A stretch of 61,419 bases of DNA, counting the filler, from Choristocarpus tenellus KU-1152 (Eukaryota; Protista; Phaeophyceae): assembly GCA_964200185.2 (NCBI GenBank). It is 11 parts of 11 records of this genome, joined end to end, with 100 filler letters (N's around TTAATTAATTAA, not from the genome) between each part and the next. Parts side by side here need not be neighbours in the genome. Positions count along the whole stretch, not along the records: positions 45,373 to 52,283 come from CAXNAD020007081.1; positions 52,384 to 55,139 come from CAXNAD020025012.1; positions 55,240 to 58,568 come from CAXNAD020020768.1; positions 58,669 to 61,419 come from CAXNAD020025051.1; 7 more parts are not named here. One strand, written 5' to 3'. Position 1 is the first letter of the stretch. The number at the start of each line of letters is the position of its first letter. The notes under the pieces are model-generated. The model worked only from the letters and a program-made list of their open reading frames with translations, made no database searches and was not told where the DNA came from. Both the position numbers and the translations under genes were made by a program. This document shows, piece after piece, positions 51,167-61,419 of this stretch.

Positions 51167-51859
51167 ACTTTCTGATAATTGAGGCAAGGGGCAGGTGTTC
51201 TTGTGGGCCTGTTGTGAGAGCCAAGCAGTTGTGAGAGAAAGACGCTTCTCATACTTGCCCACGGTTACTTAGCTTCTTTTTATTACTCTTGGTTTAAACA
51301 GCATGGGTAGAGGGTAGAGATCGCGGCCAGGATGTTAATCTTACAACTTTTACATCTTACGGCTGCTATAGCGCCTAAGAAAATGTTTGAGGTGCTTTTG
51401 CTCATCCTGATAGTTTTTTGTATCATTGTGTGGTGCCCGACTTCGAAATATATCTTGGACCAGCAGGCCCTGTGCCTTGAAGTATTGTGACCTAGTTTTG
51501 TTTGTAACATATCCCTGGTAGAAGTTTCCCCTTGATTTGATGAACGGTTGTCCTCATCCTGCCATATATGTTATTTCCTTTTTCTTACACATTTTCCTGT
51601 TTTTTTCTTAATATTTTCGTCAAACATTCCTCCTTTTTTCGTTTCTCCATTTTCTTGCTGCTCTTCTCACCGTGGGTTCTCATATATCGAACTAAATATA
51701 TATATATGGTATATATAGATGAATGATGAGGTTGTTGCTCGTTCCTGACAAAATATTTACACCACTACTCGGTTCTTCAATGTACAAGAAAAGAGATAAT
51801 ATTACCAACACTATAGGTGAGGGTTCCAGAACCTGCATCATTGTTCCCCAGGTGTGGGG

Positions 51860-51990
51860 TGCTATAGTGGTACCAGTAGCTTCGCCCTCTGGGGTTAGCC
51901 TGTCATAACCTTTGATGTAGACATCGGATAAAAAAAATAAAAGCATATTCGTGATGCCTGTCACAAGGCCCTCCAGAGTACGGTCTTTTC
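51860..51990 (-). mobile_element. Fragment of the IS630/Tc1-like repeat also seen at 16795 and 59650
   Basis: Shared TTTGATGTAGACATCGGAT...CCAGAGTACGG; peptide DVYIKGYDR. Confidence 0.7.
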
Positions 51991-52383
51991 TTGAATTACC
52001 TCTAAACGACCCAACAGTCTGCCTATTCTCAGCTGGTTTTAAGCTCAAAGGAAAGTTTTTTTGGAGTCTGTACTAAGAATAGGTACAATGCTGTCGTAGC
52101 CAGTGCTTTGCTCGACCCCGCACGAGCCCAACGGGGTTGAGATCACGGTGATACTTTGGGAGCATTAGACATACCCCTCTGTACTGCTCAACAAGAAGCT
52201 GAAGACTAGGAACTACCTCATGGAAGTCCCTCTACTCTCCAAGCGCATGCCACATGCTTTTGGGTCAAAGTATCTGGGGGGGGNNNNNNNNNNNNNNNNN
52301 NNNNNNNNNNNNNNNNNNNNNNNNNNNTTAATTAATTAANNNNNNNNNNNNNNNNNNNNNNNNNNNNNNNNNNNNNNNNNNNN

Positions 52384-52492
52384 ACACCAAACGACCACTA
52401 CAACAACGGCAACAACCCACCCACAAAATACAAATCGCGAAAATGGGCCGCCGAGAGCCCCCCCCCCCCCCCCCCCCCAGATACTTTAAGCC
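52384..52492 (+). mobile_element. MITE family B end at contig start (another B terminus at 52262-52283)
   Basis: CCCCCAGATACTTTAAGCC here; GGGTCAAAGTATCTGGGG before the linker. Confidence 0.7.
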
Positions 52493-52979
52493 TGAAGTGA
52501 AAGCTCATACCTTGGAATGTTCCAAGCTAGAGATGGGGTGTTTTTTCCATCCACCCGTTCCTACTGTAACGTGCTTAGGGGAGCAAGCATCGTATTCCCA
52601 CGTTAACCCCTCATGTACAGTTTTACACATTATCCACGATTTACCTTGTCCATGCCTTCGCCCGTTTGTAGACCAGTGCCAATCACCCCATCCGTACATG
52701 TCTTTACCTTTTGTGGAGCAATACATTAGATGTACGATAACACCTACCCCAGCCATACTCCGGAGTACAACATATTTTCTATATGGAAAGCTAATGTTTA
52801 TCCCATGCACAACTCACCTCTACAGCAGTAGACTCAGTAAGACTTATGGAATTGATAGCCTAACTCATTTTGTACGATTATATGCACCAGGTACCAATCT
52901 TTCCATTCATAACACAACCTCTTCCTACACATTTAAATACATTTTTTTACTACTTCACTCACCTATACCTTGACCTCTT

Positions 52980-53160
52980 GGCTCAAAAGTATCTGGGAGG
53001 GGGTGGTGGCTGTCCATTTGGGTTCAAGTTTTTCGTGTTGCGATTTTTGGGTGATTTGATTGATTATGTCGGATGGTTACTGTAAATGCACTTCTCCTGA
53101 TTTTTCCCCAAATGGACACCCTGGTGTAGACCCACCCCCCCCTCCCAGATACTTTGGGTC
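52980..53160 (-). mobile_element. MITE family B, full length
   Basis: GGCTCAAAAGTATCTGGGAGGGG ... CCCCTCCCAGATACTTTGGGTC with TCTT on both flanks. Confidence 0.9.
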
Positions 53161-53393
53161 TCTTCTGCACAGTGATACACATCAAGTGCAACTCATCAAT
53201 ATCTACTCCTGTAATGCACCAATCCCACTCATATACTTCTTGTCTTCTACATTCCTTCACCAAAAACAATTCAGTACCTCTCACCCAATCCTACATCAAT
53301 ACCTTCTGTATACTGATAATCATTACCTACCACTATTGCTATGAACGCCTTTGTCCTGCTTATTGTGCACCAGTGAATGTCAACTGGCAATCA

Positions 53394-53652
53394 AAGTGAA
53401 AGTGTTTTAGAGGGTACAAGCTTTTCTGTGTTCGTCCATTTGGGACTTGGCTTCCCATGTTTTTTTTAATGACATTTACCTACTCCAAAATGTTTAGGAG
53501 TAGATAAAATGTATACGTTATGAAAAGGTGTGTCCGGAGCATGGATATTGACACTTCCTAGCAAACACAATAGCCAAAATTACATCAAAATCGCAACATT
53601 GGATTTTGGCCCCAAATGGACGCGGCTCTACCCTCTAAAGATACTTTGGCTC
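53394..53652 (+). mobile_element. MITE family A, full length
   Basis: Family A TIRs with ATCA on both flanks. Confidence 0.9.
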
Positions 53653-54041
53653 ATCACACTGTTCACACCTTCACGCATTTCCTACACCTAGGCACATGGA
53701 ATAAAAGTCGGCTTATTCATCCCTCAACCTCTTCTCCACACTTGTGCACATTAAGTGCTGCTGAATAGCTTCGTGCAGGAAAGGCTTGTTGCCACGACCT
53801 GCTGTTTGAGTGAAGTGGTGAACATATACTGATATTGGCGGTGGGGGGGGCCTCCCCTCCGTCCAGGGGTAGGTGGGGTCGCGGGGATAAGGCACGGTTG
53901 CCTGACACATCTGCAAGATGTCAGAGGGCATAATAAAAAAATATTAATTTTCCGCTGGGCCTTTGTCTTTGCCATCCATTATCTCTTACGTATCGCCAAA
54001 GACTGCCCCATAATACCGCTATGTACGTTACTACTGTACAG

Positions 54042-54375
54042 TCAGCTGACTGTCTCCTCGATAAACACAGGGGTTTACTAGTGTTCTATCAAATGCTACT
54101 GTCATGGGATCGAATCCCGGCATGGTTACATGGTTACACATCAGTCAAAAGGCTAAACACGCCGCCAGAACACACAACCTCACATTAGTAACTGCCCAGC
54201 CGAAGTTGGTCGTTGATTAGAGGGATAGCAAGCCTCGGGCGCAACCTCATCAAGTCTAACAGCTTGCGATCCCCAGGATTAGCGTTTGTTAGAACACTTG
54301 TAAACCCCTGTGTCTACCGAGTCAGCTGAATACCTGCTCAGTAGACACAGGAGTTTACTAGTGTTCTAACAACTA
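54042..54375. repeat. Foldback-like element with three ~40-bp arms in alternating orientation
   Basis: Arms at 54057-54098 (+), 54280-54321 (-) and 54337-54375 (+), core ACACAGGGGTTTACTAGTGTTCTA, with TCAGCTGA palindromes beside them. Confidence 0.8.
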
Positions 54376-54379
54376 CTCT

Positions 54380-55139
54380 GTATTGCACCGAACTGAAGCT
54401 AGACGTATATTAAACTGTATTATATACTTGTATTAACACACACAACTTTAAGTATAACACTGGTTATTTGACATCCTCCCCTTGCTGAAAACAAGTATTA
54501 ACTCTGAAACACTCCTCTCTTCCTAGAGATTTGCTGGCGGTGAGTTTAAACTCAATGGGGGGGATCTGGCATGCCGACTACAGGGTTGTGTTGAGGCCCA
54601 TGCATTTGTCCCTTGTTCACATCGACTCCGGTGGCTTGCCAGGGCTAGCAAGGAACTTTCCTTCCCTTGCTCCACTTCATCAGGTAAGGTAGCCAATTGG
54701 GTCCGGAAAGAATCAAAGTGGATCTTGTTTAGGAGGCGGGTGATCTTGGGTTGTGCCCTCCTTGTAGTCCTGGCGTTATGGACTGCCAGAGTGTGGACCT
54801 CTGGGGCTGGTGTGGAGGACGTTGTTCCTCCCCAGGTTACCTAGCCTTGGCCAATAATATATTCCAAGTCTTCTGGGGGGACTCCTGTAGAGAGGAGGGT
54901 GCGGATGGACAATCCTACGGCCCTTACTGTGGGGCTAGTGCAGATGGCTCATGAGAAAGACTCACTGTGAGACCCTTGTTGCCTTGCCAGGAGGGTGGGG
55001 AGGGTAGCCACTAGTGATCTTACGAAGGTTGCATGTTGGCGGTGCTTCATAGAGGAGAGGCCCACCCCCCCCGCACTTGTGGGTAACCGTGCCTGTGCTT
55101 GTTGGTAGGTCTCTAGGTGAAGAGGCCCATTGTCACACG
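54380..55139 (-). mobile_element. LTR retrotransposon 3' end fragment (polypurine tract plus LTR start)
   Basis: Minus strand AAGGGGGAGGA is immediately followed by TGTCAAATAACC (54473). Confidence 0.4.
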
Positions 55140-55239
55140 NNNNNNNNNNNNNNNNNNNNNNNNNNNNNNNNNNNNNNNNNNNNTTAATTAATTAANNNNN
55201 NNNNNNNNNNNNNNNNNNNNNNNNNNNNNNNNNNNNNNN

Positions 55240-55625
55240 GGTGCCTGGCGGGGGGGTGGGGAACATGCAAGTGGGTTCCGTTCTTGTACTGTACGTAGTA
55301 GTAGGATTGATACATATATCAAGGGCTCCATGCAAGGAATATCTGGACACCATGCTCCACCCCCCGCGCTGGTCTCATAAGGAGGCACCACCATAGTGCT
55401 ACAGAGTGCGCTGTATTCCCACGAACCGCAACACAGTAACCTTGCTCGTATGTGGATGCTTGGGCAGATGACAGCACCTTGTGATCAAGGCAAACTTGAT
55501 TAGTGGAATTGGGTGGAGAGCACTCCCAGTGTGCTGCACGTAGTTGATACGTCGTGTGACAGTGATCTTCTGCATACAGCAATATATATATATTGTTTAT
55601 AGCATACCCCACCTCCCCCCCTCAA
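55240..55625 (-). mobile_element. Possible LTR fragment with polypurine tract
   Basis: Minus strand TTGAG-(G run)-AGG is followed by TGGGGTATGC (55611). Confidence 0.35.
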
Positions 55626-56099
55626 GCAGCTGGAATGGACTTGGAGGCATGTTGTCCAGATTATCCTTGTGTTTGTCCTCTTGCGTAAATAGATCTCTAG
55701 TACTATACTTGTAAAATATCTCTCTACTTATATCGCTTTCTTACCATGCACTGCTTCACCTCTCAACAATCATGTGTGTGTGTGTTGAAAACAGGAGTAT
55801 ATTTTAGTAAGAATCACACAGACTAGACAAAGAATTCTGCACTAAATTTAAATATTTCACAGCTCCGAATAATATACACTCACATACAGCACCTAAGTGA
55901 TTTTGCATTTTACACATGACAAGCAGTTTCCAGACAACGGGTGTTATGGAAGAACAAATTGTGACAACCACCTTCCTAAACAACCAACAATACAGACTGA
56001 ATGGACTCAAGCATTTACTGAACAGCAGAGGATTATAGAGGAACTCTCTGTGATTGCTGTCCTGGTCAACGAATGTTATACAACAAATGACCGAAACTG

Positions 56100-57055
56100 T
56101 TGTTCATTCCTTTCACACTTTTTTTTTTTTTGTCAATTTTATTGATTAAAAAAAAAGTGTTGATGCAGTCGTTGTTTCCCCTCTTGTCTTCTCCCTTTCT
56201 GTCCTTTTCCTCTTTCTCTCTTTTTCTTTTTCCTTGTTTTGTATTTTTTCCTTCAGTTCTCTTTCATACTTGTTTTTTCCTTTTCGCATTTTTTTTTTCT
56301 CTGTTCATTCTCCTTTTTTATAATATCTTTTTTATCCTTTTGTGTTTCCCTCTTGAATTCTTGTAGTTGTGTTTTTTCCCTTTCTATTCTTCCCTCTTTT
56401 ATTTTTCCCTCTTCGTTTTTAGCTTTTACCCAAACTGTTTGTTTGTTGCATACTGTATTTCTTTACATTTTGTTATGTTGACTTTTTTTCTTTCCCTGTT
56501 TCATGTTGTTTCTATTTTTGTTTTTCACCTAATATCCAATTTTTCCTTTTCCATGTCAAATTCGTTCTTCTTGTACTTTCCGTTGTTTTCTTATGTTGGT
56601 TTTCCTATTTCATCGTTTGCCCTTTCATTTTTGACGTATGTACATTTTTCTTTTTCCATATTCCGATCACTTGTCCTATTCCTTTCTTATTTTGCCCTTG
56701 TTTTTTTATGTATATTTTCCTTGATCATTTCCATAAACACATTTTTTTGTCTTTTTCATATTTTTCCTACTTGTTTTTTCCTTTTATATTTTCCTGTTTG
56801 CTTTTTTACTTTTTCCCATTATTATTCTTGTCTCTGCTTTTCTATTCTTCTTTTTTGTTTATTCTTATTTTTTCATTTTCGATACTCAATATTCTTGTTT
56901 TATTTTCTCCTATTATTTTCTTCAATTTGTCTTTTGACATTATTGTATTTTGTGTTTTCTTCAGTTGATGCGTTTCCCGTTTTTACTATTTTCCATGACT
57001 TTCTCCTCATTTTTTTTTCGCATTTTGTCTACTTTTTTGTACCACTTCCTCTGTT
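56100..57055. repeat. ~950-bp T-rich, strand-biased low-complexity tract
   Basis: Near-continuous T runs broken mostly by C. Confidence 0.9.
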
Positions 57056-57179
57056 CAGAAGTTAATGTAATATAACTTTTGAAGTCCCCGTGAAGAAGCA
57101 AGATTTTTTCATATGTCCATATTTTATGGGTGTATTGTGCAGACACTAAAAGGTTACCCGCCATAATATCTCAAGCGAA

Positions 57180-58250
57180 ATAGGGCAACCTACACCTCTC
57201 TTTGATTCTGCCCCCGAAGCCCTCCAAAACTTCATTCCAGCATGGTATTTCACCATATCCACCTGGGCATTTGTGGGGACCTTGCCCACCTTCTCAGCCT
57301 TTTCCTTGCTACAACAGGGAATTTTGAAGATGTTGTCGCCCTTGGATCTCTACGACAATATCATCCCCCACCGCCTCCTCAGTTGCCTCCATTATCCCCC
57401 CCTTGGTGTGTGGCTTTCCCCTGTCCTGCTGCGTGAAGATGGTGTGTCCTTCCGGCCTAGTCATGCAGGCCTTGATTGCCGATATGACATCCTCAATCAT
57501 GAATTTCTTCTACCTCTCCCCTTCCACCGTGGCTGGTACAAGTGCCTTGGTGCCCTTGGGGCAGCGTTTACTGGAGCACTGAGCGCCGTTAGTGTCCATG
57601 ATTGGCCAGATCCCGATTTTCGCATCAACCCACACCCCTTTGGAGAGCTTTCTAGCGCAGTCCACAGCTGTAAGGAACATCACCTTCATAATAATGTAAC
57701 ACTCATTCTGTGCCCATGGGGGGCTGGGGGGGTCCTCCGTGGGGTGGCGGGTACACACCTTGCCCATCTTTGGGGATGTAAAACCACTTCTTGTCCACAT
57801 GTACCCGGTCATATAGATCGTATACTAATACCCTACTTCTCCCCCTTCTGTGGGTGTAGATGATGACGTGAAACCCACCCTATTGACTTTCTACTGGTCT
57901 GAGAAGACTGGCTTAATCTATCACCTGACCTTCACCATCTTGCGCATGTGTAGATCCCACAACGTGGTAAGAGAGACCCCAGCTTTGACCGCCTATTGCA
58001 GAAGGATATATGGTGTACCAATGGGATATCCCAAACATGAAGGATACTTGTACAGAGGTCACATTGCCCCTTTTGACGTCATACAAGGTCCATACATTCA
58101 TCACATGCTATCTGGCTGTCCAACTCCTTCAGACGATGGAACACAATAATTCAGGAAATCCTGAAGTCCCCTGCAATGGCCACTGCCATCCCCAGAGGCA
58201 TCTGAGTCTCGCCCCCCCTTGCCTCCAGGCATTGTGCCACCACACTGTTC
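57180..58250 (-). mobile_element. Decayed plant/oomycete-type mariner (DD39D-like) transposase
   Basis: IMKVMFLTAV...DAKIGIWPI...AQCSSKRCPKGT...MIEDVISAIKA...IFTQQDRGKPH; frameshifted. Confidence 0.85.
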
Positions 58251-59649
58251 TTCATCTGGGTGTTTTGAGTCCTGACCCCAGGCACACTTCTGGCCTGTGA
58301 AGAATTGGGACTGATGGGTGACGGCAGGATAAGCAAGTCACTCAAACGACGGGAGGCCTTTGTTCTAGGCATCCCAATAAACACCTACTTTGACAGTTTC
58401 ACAAGGTTTTCCAACCCCGTCAATGTGACTTGATCGACTCTGCACTGGTGGTCCTCCATGGTCATGGTAGCCCACAATCTCAAACTTTGCACACCTCCCA
58501 ATCTATATGAGAACTAAGCCTTGTCCAGAAGGTTTATCGTGTGGGTTATTCCCAGGTGAGAACAAAGCNNNNNNNNNNNNNNNNNNNNNNNNNNNNNNNN
58601 NNNNNNNNNNNNTTAATTAATTAANNNNNNNNNNNNNNNNNNNNNNNNNNNNNNNNNNNNNNNNNNNNATACACAAAATAAGGTACACATCACTATTGTC
58701 CTATTTTGCACACGACCCTCTCGTGACCCTCGCTCTGCCTCTGCCGACCGAGGAGAGGCGATCTCCTCTGGGCGTGCCTGATTTGGATTCGTAACGAAGG
58801 CATAGTCGAGTGGACAAAATCAACTGCCTTTTTTTAACGGAAGGTACCCGACGAGAGAGGCAACGTAAGATTTCCATGCAGGGTCGATGCCTGTGGCGGC
58901 GGGAGAGAGTTCTACCCCTCATCGCGCAATATATATTTTAGACATACTTCTCTACGGACAAGTGGGTGTCAAGCTTGTCGAGGGGATCGGAGACGCGCGT
59001 ACCTCGAAAAGGTCGTTGCACCATCCAAACAGAGGAAGGTATATCATGCCTACAAACCCAGCAGCCTTTGTCACCCAACACACCATACCCAGAACATCAC
59101 ACAGTGGAATCATCTCTGTGAATCAATCCAAACGTGGTTGCTTTGTGTAATCCTAGACCTCTGTGCGTCGAGGTGTGAGATATAACCGACGACGTGACTA
59201 GAGTCAAATAATACTATTGCCAACCCTCAGCAGGAGGCGTGTGCCTTTCGCACATCTGTCCTCGCCAAGCACAACAGTGTACGGCAGAGCCTCCAACTCC
59301 CATTTGGATACAATACACCTCATGACTTGGAAGGACCTCACACCAATCGAATTGCTCCATCTTCCTTCCACAAACTAGGACGCGCCCAACCTAAGCCAAC
59401 CAACCACCATTAGGTTTCGTGCTGGGTGCGCATCTTCTTTGTAACCTCTTAGGATCCCGTTGGTCCTGGACGGGACAGAGCCTCCTTTCACTACTCTCCA
59501 CTGTACTCTTCAACTATTATTCCGTATTATACAAAATATTGGTGACTCTCTCTCACATTGATTTTTTCTTCCACCTCACAAGTAAATATCAATTCATCTA
59601 TCTCAAAAATATCAAATCGGTTGGTATCGTTTCAACCATACCATAATAC

Positions 59650-61419
59650 ATGTATAGTGGTACCAGTACCTTCGCCCTCTGCGGTTGTCCCGTCATAACT
59701 TTTGATGTGCACATCGGATTAGAAAAATAAAACATCATCGGATGCCCGTCACAAGGCCGTCCAGAGTACGGGCTTTGGTCTTCTCGCTATTTTTTTCTTT
59801 TTTTGATTTTTTCTTCCACCTCATAAATACATATCAATTCATCTATCTCAAAAATAGCAAATCAATTGGTGGTGTCGTTTCAACCATATAGTGGCACAAA
59901 TTGGTTCACCTTTGGGGTTGTGTGGTTATAACGTTTGATATAGACATCGGATTAAAAAATAGAAGCATAATCGTGATGCCCGTCAAGGGCCCTCCAGAGT
60001 ACGGGCTTTGTTTTTTGTCGCCATTTTTTTCTTTTTTGAAGAAAGAGCGATCATATCGGGGGTCAAACACTGGATTGTAGGTCACCAAGAGTGGCAACAG
60101 ATAGATGCACTATTACTTGATTAACGTAAAAGGGTTCAGGGGAAAAAAAGCCTCCCCAACCTTTCTTCCTTTATGTTCGCACACCCACTCTTTGACCTCA
60201 GCAAGGATGGATGTCCTCGTCAACGCCCAGAACGAAACGCCTCTCGTTGCGCTCTTGCTCTGACACCTTGATGTGGCCCTTGGTTTGGAAGTCTTCTCTC
60301 CCATTTTCCCATAATTTTCCAACCTGAACATCGCATATCCTGCTGTCATCTCGAGTGCTGTTTGGTGGTCTTTCCCGTCATTCATACACTGGTATCGAAT
60401 TCACAGTGTTGGAGCCTTTACTATCTCACATTTTCCTCATTGAGCGCCAGAAATGGGCGTTCTCTGTGTTTCCTGGGCGGGCGATATTTTATCGTCAAGG
60501 CGCAAGGGCGAGGAAGGACAGGCTTGAGTTAATCGAAAATTTGTGTTGATTTCTCTAATGAATGCAGGCTGGGAGAAAGCCTTGACGAACTTTATACATC
60601 CAACCCTAAGTCCAGGAACGAAAATGAATGTACAGCATCTTGCAAGAAATGGGAGACACCAAACTATTGGTGTGCAAATAGTCTCAATCTCACCTCCTCT
60701 TCTTCTCTGGCGTCCTCATCGATGAGTGCCTCCACCTGCTTCGCGACCTCGTCTCAGTAAAGGATTTGGTGGTATCGAAAGTCTCCACAGCTTTCTTTGT
60801 TACGATCGCTTTCTCCTCTGCCTTGCAACTCCTTTCGACTTTCTTTCGGGCTTTAGAACCCTTGTAGCCCAACCATTACACCTTCTTTCTCGTTTCCTTA
60901 AGCCACTCCGGCTCACATAGCTTCCAAACAGTCAGGGCCTGCTGCAACTGTCAACTACTAAGATATTCTACACTCGGGTTTTCGCTTAGGTGTTTCCTGA
61001 GTGCAATTGCACGCAGTCGCACTGCTCTCCTCCCCAACCTTCCCTTCGGGCGGCTACCCCGGTTCTCCCTTCGCCCGCCATGACCAAGCTTACCCACAGA
61101 CTTCGTCGCTGTACCACCTGGAGATGGACTCGCCGCTCTCTTCCTGCTTTCGCGAGGCGTCAGAGACTGCAAAGCAGTGCTTCGACGTGATTGAAGATCC
61201 AACCACATTTGGGTGGCAATGTGTTCCATGTATCTCTCTCAGCGTAAGCGATGCGGCCGCGCAATCCATTGCGCAATTTGATCATGCTGTTGTGCCACAC
61301 TACTCGCACTTTCTCATCACCTAACACCGCACTGAGTGTCACACGGTACTTGCTTTTCCGTCGCCTCTCGACAGAGAAGATGCTGAGGGAAGATCCAGGG
61401 GGCAGAGCGGCCTCGGCAG
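59650..61419 (-). mobile_element. Second copy of the IS630/Tc1-like decayed element, with a local ~240-bp duplication at ~59558-60030
   Basis: Colinear with 16795-17925 but carries ~400 bp more in the middle. TTGATTTTTTCTTCCACCTCA...TTTCAACCATA occurs twice. Confidence 0.65.

Noticed and set aside
54100-54130. tRNA gene at GGGATCGAATCCCGG
   Set aside because: Only a B-box-like hairpin is present; no cloverleaf can be built.
56100-57065. F/L-rich 232-aa ORF as a mitochondrial ND-like or pan-edited gene
   Set aside because: The composition follows from the T-rich tract, and no conserved motif is visible.
16513-58668. Regularly recurring TTAATTAATTAA flanked by Ns as a biological repeat
   Set aside because: It is an identical synthetic 100-bp contig spacer. 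ORFs containing X residues that cross it are artefacts.

Overview
Eukaryotic nuclear DNA, not prokaryotic. The window is 11 unrelated contigs joined by ten identical 100-bp artificial linkers (44 N + TTAATTAATTAA + 44 N), so adjacency across a linker means nothing. GT-AG intron-rich genes, interstitial TTAGGG repeats and the transposon types suggest a stramenopile, probably a brown alga (inference). Genes reconstructed by eye: a CEP19-like gene head-to-head with a ~1050-aa kinesin whose P-loop, switch I and switch II are all degenerate; a two-MA3-domain PDCD4-like gene; a complete 2-exon kinesin with a long helical insert in the motor; and partial genes for a thioredoxin-fold protein, a WW-domain protein, organellar IF-2 and a Upf1-like SF1 helicase. 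Mobile DNA is abundant: three related MITE families, a spliced Sola/DUF7869-like transposase, decayed pogo-like, plant-type mariner, IS630/Tc1-like and RTE-LINE copies, LTR fragments, a CCA-ended tRNA-Ser-like fragment, and a possible decayed protein-primed DNA polymerase inside an intron. No CRISPR array or rRNA was found. All family calls come from motif recognition; no searches were run.
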